A stretch of DNA of 64,000 nt, from positions 32,299-96,298 of the forward strand of contig CAVQUM010000010.1 of NCBI GenBank assembly GCA_963716815.1. The letters run 5' to 3'. Origin of the DNA: an uncultured Chloroflexia bacterium. Lineage in GTDB: Bacteria; Chloroflexota; Limnocylindria; Limnocylindrales; CSP1-4. Position numbers and translations under genes: made by a program. This document shows, piece by piece, positions 41,217 to 54,500 of this stretch (position 1 is its first letter; the number at the start of each line of letters is the position of its first letter). The notes beneath the pieces are model-generated. The model searched no databases and was not told the origin of the DNA. It saw nothing but the letters and a program-made list of their open reading frames with translations.

Positions 41217-41433
41217 CGAGCGGTTCGGCGCAGAGCGCGGCCTCCTGGCACGCCTGCGCCGGCTGCCCACGACCGTCGCACCCATCGGATCCGGCGATGC
41301 GACCGGCGCCGACCCCACACCCGTAGCCACGCAGGCCGCTGGGCTGTCTGGCCCTTGACCTCCCAAGCGAGCCGGTCAGGATAGCGCCAGACGCACCGGG
41401 GCTTGTGGGCCTCGAAGCCGGCGGGGGTGGCAG

Positions 41434-42290
41434 ATGGGTCCATCTGAGCAGAAGCAGCGACTCGAAGGGTACGGCTTCACCGAACCGCATGGTTCCGAGC
41501 CTGCGGGGCAGCCTCCGACCGGCGATCGGCCAGGGGCCGACTCCGGGTGGCCGACGCCTCGGTTCCCCAGCACTGGGTCCTGGACCTCTCCGGGGTACCG
41601 CAGCGCAGATACCCGCGCCAAGGTCACGCAGGTCATGTACGCGCTCGTGGCGCTCTCCGCCATCGCGCTGGCGGTGGCGACGTCGGGCGGCTTCGAGCTA
41701 CTGGACCGCGCCGAGAGATTCGTGTGGGAAGAGGCGGCCTTCGAGTCCTGGTCGGACAGTGTCGAGGGCATCGACGCCTGGCAGTCGATCTTCGCGTTCG
41801 TCGCGGGTGTCTCGCTCATCATCTGGCTCAGCCGCTTCGTCGACAACGTGCCCTCGCTGGGCGGCGGCACACCGAAGCGTAGCCCGCGGCGAGTGATCTT
41901 CTACTGGCTTGTCCCTGTCTTCAACATCGATCTTCCTGCCCCTCGTGCTCAATGATGTCGCCCGGCGGCAGTCTCGTGACGGTGCCGGCCATCGGATGCT
42001 CATCCTCATCTGGTGGCTGCTCTTCGTGTTCCCGCTGATCTCGCTCGTCTGGGGGGTTCCGGTCGTCCTGGATGTGGCTGGCACGGACTGGGTCCGCAAC
42101 GTCCTCATCCTGGGGATCATCGAGCGGCTCGCGTTCGCGGCACAGGCAGTCGTGACGATCGTGATGGTGAGGCGTCTGCAGGGCGACGAGGACTTCCAGT
42201 CGGAGCAGTGGAGACCACCTCCGACCCAGCCGGCCGGCACTGATCCGTTCGCCTCCACCATCGCAACCGATGCCTGGGGCCGTCCGCTGC
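41434..42290 (+). CDS. DUF4328-like integral membrane protein; reading frame broken by a 1-nt insertion near 41929
   Basis: Pro/Gly-rich N-terminus then TM segments. ...RRVIFYWLVPVFNI in frame A continues as FLPLVLNDVARRQSRDGAGHRMLILIWWLLFVFPL... in frame +1, joined at atcGatc. The 3' end is approximate, because the + ORF runs on as antisense of the next gene. Confidence 0.55.
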
Positions 42291-42299
42291 CCGAGCAGC

Positions 42300-43582
42300 G
42301 AGTGGATCAGTCGAGAATCGAGAGCGGTGGCCACGACCTGGTAGGTCGCGTCACTGTCGGTCACCAGGACGAGCACCGGGTGAGCCAGGTCATCGACCGT
42401 GATGTCGAGGCCAAGGCTCGCCAGGGGCCGACCCACGAGGTCGGCCATCACCACGTTCGCAGCCGCGGCGAACTCGACAGCGTCAGCCTCGCTGTCCCAC
42501 GTCGTCTGCCATACGATGGCCCAGGCGTCCTCCGGGCCCTCGAGCATCTGCAGGCGGTCGCCACCCCAGCCATCGGCCGCCTTCGCGTTCGCCGCTTGGG
42601 GGAAGGTGAAGACCTCGTCTTCGTCCCCGCCGTAGTCCCAGCCGTCGCCGTCAGCGAGCAGAACGCTGGTTTGCAGCTCGCCCATCGTCAACTCCGTGGC
42701 AGCGGACCAGCCATCACCCAGGGCGACAGCGACGTCCGGCAGGCTCACTGCGATGGGCAGGTCGTCCGGGTATCGGCTCGGATGCATGACCTGTTCCGTC
42801 GACTTGGGTGGGTCCGCCCACATCTCATGGACGGCGTCCCAGCCGCCCGGTTCCCAGACCTCGTAGACGAAGGCAGCTCCATCCACGTACGGGAACTCTC
42901 CCGGGCGCCAGAGGATCGGCGGGACCGATCGCAGCGGCTGGTAGTCCGTGGGGACCTCTATGTCCTTGCCCTGCTCGATCTCTTCCCAGTCCCACGGGCT
43001 CAGCCGCTTGATGGCCCAGACGTACATGACGATGGTGGCCTCGCCCTCCATGAGGGCCTGCTGCGCCAGGCGGGCATCGTCCTCGAGCGTCGCCAATCGG
43101 GTCGCGAGGTCATAGTGCTGGTCCTGCAACGCGTGCGCATGTTCGTGGGCCAGGACCATGAGTTCGTCCGGGCTGATCTGGCCGTCCTCATCGACGATGG
43201 TCATGCGCTTGGTCGCGGGGTCGTAGAAGCCGAGCATCGACCGCTTCGCCGACTCCTTGGCCAGCTCCCCCCGGTCGATGCCTGCTTCCATCAGCCCCAG
43301 CCGATGGAAGAGCGTGCCCTCGACCTCGAGCTGGCGCGCCCGCTCGGGCTCATCGAGCTCTTCGAAGAAGCCGGCGAACGCAGCGTCGGACGTCAGGAAC
43401 GAGTACGGGACCTCACCGCTGGAGTCGAGTCCGCGGATGTCCTCGACCCGCTGCATCGTCTGCTCGATGCGCTCAGCCGGCGTGTCCGGGCTACACGCGG
43501 CCAGGAGTGTGACCAGCCCAAGGCAGATGACCCCTGCGCGAGTGGCCTGGCCGCGTGACGTAGAGAAGGTGGCTGACGACAT
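42300..43582 (-). CDS. Putative secreted/lipoprotein zinc metalloprotease (HExxH...E gluzincin-like)
   Basis: Signal peptide plus lipobox MSSATFSTSRGQATRAGVICLGLVTLLAACSP. Motif VLAHEHAHALQDQHYD...LMEGEA. Convergent with the DUF4328 gene. The 3' end is approximate, because the ORF has no early stop. Confidence 0.6.
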
Positions 43583-43776
43583 CGACACTCCCGATACGCC
43601 AATCAAGAAGCACGATCGGTGAGCGGGCAAGGGCCATCCGGCCTCCGCCCCGCACGGACGAGGCCGTCCGGGTCCGCCCCCCGAGAACCGAGCCGTGAGG
43701 ATGTACGCGCCGGAGGCTTGCGGAGCCCGGCACCGAGGCTACTGCTCCAAGGTACGGGGCTCGCGGAAGCTCGGGA

Positions 43777-45255
43777 TCAGGCGTCGGAGGCGGTGCCCTC
43801 GGCCTGGGCCGAGGCCCTGGCCACCGCGCCCGGGATCAGGTCCTGCATCGTCCCGAGGTACTTCTCGATGGCGCGTGCCGCGCGCTTGCCGTCGCCCATG
43901 GCCAGGATGACCGTGGCCGCGCCGCGCACGATGTCGCCGCCGGCGAAGATGCCGGGCACCGAGGTCATGCCGTCCTCGTCGACGATGAGGTAACCCCACT
44001 CGTTGATCCGGAGGTCCGGCTCCGACGAGGTCAGCATGGGGTTGCTGCGTGTGCCGATGGCGACCACGACCATGTCACTGTCGATGACGTACTCGGAGTC
44101 GGGGATGGCTCGCGGGCGCCGCCGGCCGGTCTCGTCCGCTTCGCCCAGCTCCATCATCTGGCACTCGACGCCGGTGACCCAGCCCTCGTCGTTGCCGATG
44201 ATGCGCACCGGGGAAGCCATCAGCTCGAACTTGACGCCCTCCTCCTCGGCGTGATGGACCTCCTCGGTGCGGGCGGGCAACTCCTCCTTGCCCCGGCGGT
44301 AGGCGATGGTCGCTTCCTTGGCCCCCAGCCGACGAGCGGTCCGCACCGCGTCCATGGCCACGTTGCCGCCACCGACCACGACCACCTTCTGGCCGTGCAG
44401 GACGGGCGTGTCGGTGTCCTTGCGGAACGCGCCCATGAGGTTGACGCGGGTGAGGTACTCGTTGGCCGAATAGACGCCCTTGAGCTCCTCGCCGGGGATA
44501 TCCATGAACACCGGCAGCCCGGCGCCGACCGCGAGGAAGACGGCGTCGAAGTCCTGGCGCAGCTCGCGCAGCGTCCAGGTCTTGCCCACGACGGCGTTGA
44601 CCTCGATGGTCACGCCCAGGTCCTTGAGACGGTCGACCTCCTTCTGCACGATGTCCTTGGGTAGGCGGAACTCGGGGATGCCGTAGATGAGCACGCCGCC
44701 AGGGGCGTGGAAGGCCTCGAAGACGGTGACCCTGTGGCCGGTCTTGGCCAGTTCACCGGCCGCGGTCAAGCCGGCCGGGCCGGAGCCCACGATGGCCACG
44801 CGCCGACCGGTGTCGGGGCTGACGTTGGCCTTGATCTCGTCGAGGTGATCCTGCGCCCAGTCGGCCACGAACCGCTCGAGCGCGCCGACGGCCACGGGCT
44901 CACCCTTCTTGGCCCGGATACAAAGACCCTCGCACTGGGTCTCCTGCGGACACACCCGCCCGGTGACGCAGGGTAGCGCGTTGTCGTCGAGCAGCGACTC
45001 GGCAGCAGCGTGCAGGTCGCCCTCGGCGAGGTGGGTGATGAACTGGGGGATGTTGACGCGCACCGGGCAGCCGTCGATGCAGCGTGGGTTGTTGCAGTCG
45101 AGGCAGCGCTCGGCCTCTTCCATGGCCAGCGCCTGCGAGTAGCCCAGGCTGACCTCGTTGAAGTCCATCGCGCGGATGACCGCCGAGCGCGCAGGGACGT
45201 CATGTCGTTCGATCTGCATCCGTTCCTTGGGGGAAAGGTCGGGACGCTCGGTCAT
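43777..45255 (-). CDS. GltD-family FAD/NAD(P)H oxidoreductase with an N-terminal 2x[4Fe-4S] domain (NfnB/SudA/glutamate-synthase-small-chain-like)
   Basis: MTERPDLSPKERM...CLDCNNPRCIDGCPV...CPQETQCEGLC...VAIVGSGPAGLTAAGELA...VVVVGGGNVAMD... The start overlaps the upstream gene's stop (ATGA). Confidence 0.85.
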   Translation of the reverse strand: MTERPDLSPKERMQIERHDVPARSAVIRAMDFNEVSLGYSQALAMEEAERCLDCNNPRCIDGCPVRVNIPQFITHLAEGDLHAAAESLLDDNALPCVTGRVCPQETQCEGLCIRAKKGEPVAVGALERFVADWAQDHLDEIKANVSPDTGRRVAIVGSGPAGLTAAGELAKTGHRVTVFEAFHAPGGVLIYGIPEFRLPKDIVQKEVDRLKDLGVTIEVNAVVGKTWTLRELRQDFDAVFLAVGAGLPVFMDIPGEELKGVYSANEYLTRVNLMGAFRKDTDTPVLHGQKVVVVGGGNVAMDAVRTARRLGAKEATIAYRRGKEELPARTEEVHHAEEEGVKFELMASPVRIIGNDEGWVTGVECQMMELGEADETGRRRPRAIPDSEYVIDSDMVVVAIGTRSNPMLTSSEPDLRINEWGYLIVDEDGMTSVPGIFAGGDIVRGAATVILAMGDGKRAARAIEKYLGTMQDLIPGAVARASAQAEGTASDA

Positions 45256-46109
45256 CGGGTTGAATCCCCGGCGGCCTCGGCGAGGCTCTCGATCAGGCAG
45301 CGCGAGCCCTCGAAGGCGCTCTTCTCCTCCCCACGGTACATGGCCAGCCGGTCGGACAACTGCTTGAAGTCGACCTCGTGGGCGTCGAACTCGGGACCCT
45401 CCACACAGGCGTAGACCGTCTTTCCGCCGACGCTGACGCGGCAGCCGCCGCACATGCCGGTGCCGTCCACCATGATGGCGTTGAGTGACACCGTGGTGGG
45501 CACGTCGAACTCCTTGGTCACGGCCGCCACGGCGCCCATCATGGGCACCGGGCCGACGGCGTAGACGTGATCGACCCCGCCGGCGCTGAGCATGTCGTGG
45601 AGTTCCTCGGTGACGAAACCGTGGCGCCCGTACGAGCCATCGTCGGTGCAGACGCGGACGTCGCCGTAGCGCCGAAGCTCATCCTCGAAGATGACCCACT
45701 CCCGGGCCCGGCCACCGATGATGCTGGTCACCTGTACGCCCTTGGCCGCGAGGCCCTGGGCCAGCGGGTGCACGACCGCGGTGCCGACGCCGCCGCCGAC
45801 ACAGACCGCGTGTCCGCTATCGATGAGATCGGTCGCCTCGCCCAGCGGCCCGGCCACGTCCTGGATGGCGTCGCCGACCTGCAGCAGGCACAGATCGCAG
45901 CTGGTCTTGCCCACCGCCTGGATGGTGAGCGTGATGGTACCGGCTTCCGGGTCGGCGTCGGCGATCGTCAGCGGCACGCGCTCGGCACCATCGCCGATGC
46001 GCACGATGACGAACTGACCGGGCTGGCGCACCTGCGCGATGCGGCTGGCCTCGATCTCAAGCCGGGTGACGTTGGGGGAGAGGATCTCCCGCTTGACGAC
46101 GGGGTGCAT
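45252..46109 (-). CDS. PyrK/NfnA-like ferredoxin-NAD(P)+ reductase subunit (FAD/NAD-binding + [2Fe-2S])
   Basis: ...RPGQFVIVRIGDGAERVPLTIAD... FAD domain, and C-terminal GMCGGCRVSVGGKTVYACVEGPEF cysteine cluster. Confidence 0.8.
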   Translation of the reverse strand: MHPVVKREILSPNVTRLEIEASRIAQVRQPGQFVIVRIGDGAERVPLTIADADPEAGTITLTIQAVGKTSCDLCLLQVGDAIQDVAGPLGEATDLIDSGHAVCVGGGVGTAVVHPLAQGLAAKGVQVTSIIGGRAREWVIFEDELRRYGDVRVCTDDGSYGRHGFVTEELHDMLSAGGVDHVYAVGPVPMMGAVAAVTKEFDVPTTVSLNAIMVDGTGMCGGCRVSVGGKTVYACVEGPEFDAHEVDFKQLSDRLAMYRGEEKSAFEGSRCLIESLAEAAGDSTR

Positions 46110-46119
46110 GGGCCTGCCT

Positions 46120-46929
46120 CTATGCGGTTGGTTTCTTGCCCTTGGGCCAGTAGAGCTCCTTCTTGACGTGGAACTCGGGGTAGCCGCCCTCCATCAGGAC
46201 CTGCTCGACGTTGAGGATCATCTCAGGGTTGCCGCAAAGGTAGACCACCGTGTCCTCCGGCTCAAGGCCGTGCTTCTGGCACACGTCCTTGACCACCGCC
46301 TCGGCGCGACCGGTGTATCCGCCCCAGCCCTTGTTGCGCTCGTCGTCGGGGCGGGAGATCGTGGGCACGTAGGTCATGGGGTAGGAGCCGTCGCTCTGCC
46401 AGCCCTCGAGCAGCTCCTTGTAGCCCAGCTCGTCCTGGTAGCTGCAGCCGTGGAGCATGATCGTGCGGCGCGGCGTGCCCTCGTGCTTGAGATGCTGGCT
46501 CATGGCGATGAAGGGTGCGATGCCGGTGCCGGTGGACACGAACAGGTGTGTGCGATCGTCGTCGGGCTCGAGCATGAAGCGGCCCTTGGGTCCGATCATG
46601 CGCATCTGGTGACCGACCGGCATCCGCCACAGCAGCGAAGTGAAGCGCAGGATCGGCACCAGTCGCACGTAGAACTCGAAGCCGTCCTCGCCGGTGTCGC
46701 GCGGCGCCGAGGCCACCGAGTAGGGGCGCTGGTAGAGCTTGTCATCGGCGTAGACGCCGATGGTCATGTACTGCCCCGGCTCGAAGTCGGGCATGGGGCC
46801 GTCGGTCCGCACCCAGAAGCGCGCCAGCGAATCGGAGTCGTCCTCGCGCTTCACCAAGGTGGCGTTGTACTTCTCCGCCGTGGGCTCGATGACGCGCATG
46901 TCATGCAGGTGGTGATCGGTCATGACCAT
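46120..46929 (-). CDS. fpr: Ferredoxin--NADP+ reductase (bacterial FPR-type flavoprotein)
   Basis: ...RPYSVASAP... and GTGIAPF motifs. 10 nt upstream of the NfnA-like gene. Confidence 0.75.
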   Translation of the reverse strand: MVMTDHHLHDMRVIEPTAEKYNATLVKREDDSDSLARFWVRTDGPMPDFEPGQYMTIGVYADDKLYQRPYSVASAPRDTGEDGFEFYVRLVPILRFTSLLWRMPVGHQMRMIGPKGRFMLEPDDDRTHLFVSTGTGIAPFIAMSQHLKHEGTPRRTIMLHGCSYQDELGYKELLEGWQSDGSYPMTYVPTISRPDDERNKGWGGYTGRAEAVVKDVCQKHGLEPEDTVVYLCGNPEMILNVEQVLMEGGYPEFHVKKELYWPKGKKPTA

Positions 46930-46975
46930 GAGTGTACGAGCCTACGCGCGAACCGGCTGCGCACCGGCTCGTGGG

Positions 46976-47644
46976 TCACGTGCGCGCGGCGGCGATCGCG
47001 CCGAGCACGACATCGGTCAACGGGAAGTCCTCGCAGTACTGCGCGCGATGCGTCAGGGCGATGCGCCCGCCGCGAGCGATGACGAACTCTCCCGGCAGCT
47101 GCCACGGGTGGTCGACGAGCGCGCGCTCGGTGCCCCGACGCGAGGCCGTCCACTTCTCCGCCGTCTCGGAGTCGCCGGGCCGCCAGGGGAAGTCCCCGGT
47201 GATCGTGGCGGGCACGCCCTCGGGCAGCCCGTAGGCCTCGTACGACACGAGCTCCGGGTCGCACAGCAGCGGGAAGTCATAGCCTCGTCGTTCCGCCACG
47301 GCGGCCGCCCTGGCGGGTTCCGCCTGGCACACGGCGACCAGGCTGGCGCCGGCCTCGGTGAGGAGCTCCTGGGCCGGCGCCAGCTGCTCCCAGCGGTCGG
47401 CCAGGCAGCCGCAGCCGAAATGACGCATGAACACCAGATGCACCGGGCCGGCCGCCCAGGATCCGGAGAGGTGGCGCGTGGCCCCGCTTGTGTCAGGCAG
47501 CTCGAGGTCGGGAGCATGGTCGCCGGCCTGCGGCGGCAGCTCGGTCAGACGGGTGCGCGTGGGCCCTTCGAGGAACTCCCGGATCCAGGTCTTCTCGGCC
47601 GCCTCCTGCAGGGCAGCGAGGTCAGGATGGCTGCGGTCGGTCAT
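46976..47644 (-). CDS. Thioredoxin-fold redoxin (AhpC/TSA-like) protein
   Basis: MTDRSHPDLAALQ...GDHAPDLELPDTSGATRHLS...VHLVFMRHFGCGCLADRWEQL... Redoxin-like layout with an atypical Cys motif. Confidence 0.6.
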   Translation of the reverse strand: MTDRSHPDLAALQEAAEKTWIREFLEGPTRTRLTELPPQAGDHAPDLELPDTSGATRHLSGSWAAGPVHLVFMRHFGCGCLADRWEQLAPAQELLTEAGASLVAVCQAEPARAAAVAERRGYDFPLLCDPELVSYEAYGLPEGVPATITGDFPWRPGDSETAEKWTASRRGTERALVDHPWQLPGEFVIARGGRIALTHRAQYCEDFPLTDVVLGAIAAART

Positions 47645-47853
47645 CGGTCGCTCCGTCAGGGCGGGGAGTGGAGGCCAGCAGTCTAGCGCTCGGTTCGCAG
47701 ACGGCGAATCGTCGCGGGCGCCACAGGGACTGTCTCTGGGGGGGCCGGATGGCAGTAGCCGCACGTCGGCGGTGCACTATCATTCTCCCTGTCCAGATAC
47801 CGACGCTGCGGCACCCCATGCCCGCAAGCCCACACCCCGAGGTCACCCTGTCT

Positions 47854-50601
<2,748 letters not shown>

Positions 50602-50613
50602 TCCAGTCCTACC

Positions 50614-50646
50614 AGGGGCCCGGCCGCGAGGAGCAGCCGGGCCCCT
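50614..50646 (+). terminator. Intrinsic terminator-like hairpin after ppdK (aggggcccggc-N11-gccgggcccct, then ttctg)
   Basis: Perfect 11-bp inverted repeat 12 nt after the ppdK stop, seen directly. Confidence 0.55.
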
Positions 50647-51143
50647 TCTGATACCCGGAGATCCGGCCGCACGGAGCGGCCTGTCTACAGCTTGCTCGCC
50701 CGGTGAGCGATCTCGACGTGCCTGTCGCTCGATTCATAGATCCTGCTCACGCGGCGAACAGACGTGACACCGCTGCTCACCCCACGAGCCGGACCGGCAC
50801 GTTCGGCGTCCAGCTGGTCGAGATCGCTCGTGGGGCGAGCAGCGGGCCACGAGCAGCCGAGCCGGCAGGCGACGGCGACAGCGACGGCGATGGGGCCCGG
50901 GCCGGGCCAGGGGTAGAAGACGCCGAAGGGGTCAGCGTCGGCCGAATCCAGCGGAGCGCGCGACCTGCACACCACCGAGCCGCCACGAAGCGGGCCCTTT
51001 GGGTAGACATACCCTAGACGGATACTGGACATGGTGATACGGTTCGCGCATCGTAAACTATTGGCAAGTAGCTGGATAAAGATACCCCGTGAACTCCTTC
51101 AGGCCGGTCGAGGAAGAGATCCTCGACCGCTTCGAATTCGCTC

Positions 51144-51575
51144 ATGCGTCACGCCGCGGTCTCGCACGCCCCGGCGTTCCTCGATGCGGACGTGACCATG
51201 CCGCAGGCCAAGGTCCTCTATCTCGTCTCACTGCGGCCCGACATCACCATGTCCGCGTTGGCCGCCGAGCTAGGCGTCGGCCCCTCGGCTGTCAGCGGCC
51301 TGGTCGAACGCCTCGTGGCCGGCGGCTACCTCGACCGGCGCTCTGGCCCCGGTGACCGCCGCCAGCAACTGGTGCGCGTGACCGAGGCCGGCACGAACGC
51401 CCTCGACCAGCTGCGTGAGCTCAACACGACCGCCCTGCGCCGCCTCATCGCCGGACTCGACGCCGGCGAGCAGCAGGCCTTGCTCATCAGCATCACCGCC
51501 CTCGATCGGGAGATCCAGCGTCTCGACGCCCGCTCCTCGACGACCGACGACCCCAGCGAAAGGACCTCCGCATGA
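51144..51575 (+). CDS. MarR family transcriptional regulator (copy 1)
   Basis: Winged HTH ...TMPQAKVLYLVSLRPDITMSALAAELGVGPSAVSGLVERLVAGGYLDRRSGPGDRRQ... Stop overlaps the RND start (ATGA). The N-terminus may extend to 51089 in another frame (see findings). Confidence 0.8.
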   Translation: MRHAAVSHAPAFLDADVTMPQAKVLYLVSLRPDITMSALAAELGVGPSAVSGLVERLVAGGYLDRRSGPGDRRQQLVRVTEAGTNALDQLRELNTTALRRLIAGLDAGEQQALLISITALDREIQRLDARSSTTDDPSERTSA

Positions 51576-54500
51576 TCCGTCTGACCCAGTTCGCCGTGAA
51601 GGAGAAGAGCGTCATCATCCTCCTCGCGGTGGGTGCGCTCCTCGCGGGCGTCTTCTCCTGGGGCACGCTGCGCCAGGAGTTGCTGCCGGACATCGAGTTC
51701 CCCTTCGTGACCATCATCACGCCCGTGCCGGGCGCCGGCGCGGAAGACGTGGCCGAGCAGGTGTCCGTCCCGGTCGAGCAGTCCATCTCCAACATCTCGC
51801 GCCTGCAGACCGTGCAGTCGACTTCCGGCAGCTCGCTCTCGCTCGTCTTCGCGGAGTTCGACTTCGGCACCGACCTCAAGGAGACCCTCATCGAGGTCGA
51901 GCAAGCGGTCGGCCAGCTCGACCTGCCGCAGGGCAGTGTGCCCCAGGTCAGCTCGTTCGACTTCAACAGCCAGCCCATCGTGGTCGCGACGGTCGGACCC
52001 ATCGAGGGCGCTGATCCGGTCGAGGCCGCGGAGATCACACGCAACGAGATCGTGCCCGCGCTGCAGGGCATCGACGGTGTGTCGACGGTCGACCTCACGG
52101 GTGGACCCACGCCCATCCTCGACATCGTGCTCGACCCGCAGGCCATGGCCGAGACCGGCATCTCGCTGCAGCAGGTGCAGGGCATCCTCTTCGCCAACCA
52201 GATCACCCTCCCGTCGGGCGCCATCGACGAAGGCGGCCTGCGGCTGCCGGTCAGCACCGTGCACGAGTTCACCTCGGCCGAAGAGCTCCAAAGCCTCATC
52301 GTGGGTGCGCGGGCCCCCAACGCGCGCAAGGCGGTGACTGAAGCCCCCGCCACGGCAGGGGAGGCGGCGGCCGATGAGGCGCCGCCAGAGGACGACGGAG
52401 GCCTCTTCCAACTGCCTGACCTGGGCAGCCTGACCGAGGCGCTGGCCTCCATCCCGCAGCCGGTGACGCTGGGCGAGATCGCCACCATCGAGCCGCAGGA
52501 GGTCCAGGTCTCAGGCTACGCCCGCACCAACGGCCAGCCCTCCCTCACGTTGAGCGTGACCAAGCAGTCGGGCGCCAACACCGTCGCTGTGGCCACCGAG
52601 GTGGAAGACGTCTTCGCCGAGGCCACCGCTGCAGAGGCCTACGGCGACACCATCCGCATCGACGTCATCCAGAACCAGGCCATCTTCATCGAGGAGTCCA
52701 CGCAGGGCCTCGTGCAGGAGGGCCTGCTCGGCGCGCTCTTCGCCATCCTCGTCATCTTCATCTTCCTGCGCAGCGTGCGCACGACGCTGGTGGCCGCCAT
52801 CAGCATCCCGCTTTCGATCTTCCTGGCCATCGCCATCTTCGGCGTGGCCGGTCTGACCATCAACATCCTCACCCTCGGCGGCCTCGCGGTCGCGGTCGGC
52901 AGAGTGGTGGACGACTCGATCGTCGTGCTCGAGAACATCTACCGGCACCGGGGCATGGGCGATTCCGTCCACGACTCGGTCATCACCGGCACCAGGGAGG
53001 TCGCCGGCGCCATCACCAGCTCTACCATCACCACGGCCGCGGTGTTCCTGCCCATCGGTTTCGTCGGCGGCATCGTCAGCCAGTTCTTCCTGCCCTTCGG
53101 CCTGGCCGTGAGCTTCGCGCTGCTGGCCTCGCTGCTGGTGGCTCTCACCGTCATCCCCGTGCTCGCCTATTGGTTCGTCGACAAGGTCGATATCGAGTTC
53201 GACGAGGACGGCGAGCCGAAGATGACTATCTGGCAGAAGCTGTACACGCCGGTGCTCATCGTGGCCCTCAAGAACCGCATCACCAAGTGGGGCACCATCG
53301 GCATCGCCGGGCTGCTGTTCGTCTTCGCCATGTCGCTCGCGGGGCTGCTGCCCCAGAGCTTCGTGGACGCCGGTGGCGAGAACTTCCTGACCGTCACCGT
53401 GTCGCCGCCCCAGGGTGCCTCCACGGCCGGGGTGCGCGAGAAGACGCTCGAGGCTGAGGAGATCCTGCTCGCCAACGAAGACGTCGAGCTGGTCCAGTCG
53501 ACCATCCCCGGTGAGGCCGACACCGGCGCACAGGCGCTGCAGGCGGCGTTCAGCGGCCGCGCCTCCAACAGTGCCGTCATCACCGTCCGCCTCAACGACG
53601 ATGTCGACCTCCAGGCTGCGCGCGAGGACATCAAGGAGGGCCTGGAGCCCATCTCCACCGACGGCTTCGACGTGGCCGTGTCCGAGCAGGACGCGTTCGG
53701 CGGCGGGGGCGGTCTGCAGATCGTGGTCAGCGGTCAGGACCCCATCGACATCGAACAGGCGGCGAACGCCATCGCGGTCGAGCTCTCGGCCATGGAGGAC
53801 CTCGACAACGTCGAGAGCGACGCGGTCTCCGAGACCCCCCAGGTGGCGGTCGTGGTCGACCCCAACAAGGCGGCGGTGATCGGCTCCAGCACGGCCCAGA
53901 TCGGCACCCAGATCCGCGACGTGCTCGTGGGGCAACCCATCGGCTCCTACACGCTCGAGGACGGCACGGCCGTCACCACCATCCTGCGCGTCGACGACGC
54001 CACCGTCGACGGCGTCGAGGGCCTTCGCGCGATGCCCGTGAGCGGCATGGCCGGGACCTCCACCCTCGGCGAGGTCGCGTCCGTCGAAGCGGTCGAGGTG
54101 CGCGGTACGGTCACACGCGTCGATGGTTCGCCGGCCGCGACCGTCTCGGCCGATGTCATCGGCCAGGACCTCGCGGGTGTCTCGGCCGACGCCGAAGCCC
54201 GCATCGACGCCCAGCGCGAGGCGGGGCAGATCCCCGACTCGGTGGAGGTCACATTCGCGGGCGCCACCGCTGAGCAGGCCGAGGCCTTCGAGGGCCTCTT
54301 CCTCTCCATGGGCGTGGCCATCCTCGTGGTCTACATCGTGATGGTGCTGGCCCTGGGCTCGCTCATCACCCCGTTCATCATCCTCTTCAGCCTGCCGCTG
54401 GCCCTCATCGGCGCCATCCCGGCGCTGCTCGTCACGGGCAACCCGCTGGGCATCAGCGCCATGATCGGCTTCCTCATGCTCATCGGCATCGTGGTCACCA

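Noticed and set aside
41217-41433. Possible promoter TTGACC-N17-AGGATA upstream of the DUF4328 gene
   Set aside because: The -10 element is poor (3 of 6 matches to TATAAT). Not reported as a feature.
41909-43558. 549-aa plus-strand ORF
   Set aside because: Only its first ~125 aa, the DUF4328 continuation, look like protein. The rest is antisense of the minus-strand metalloprotease (Arg/His-rich, no motifs).
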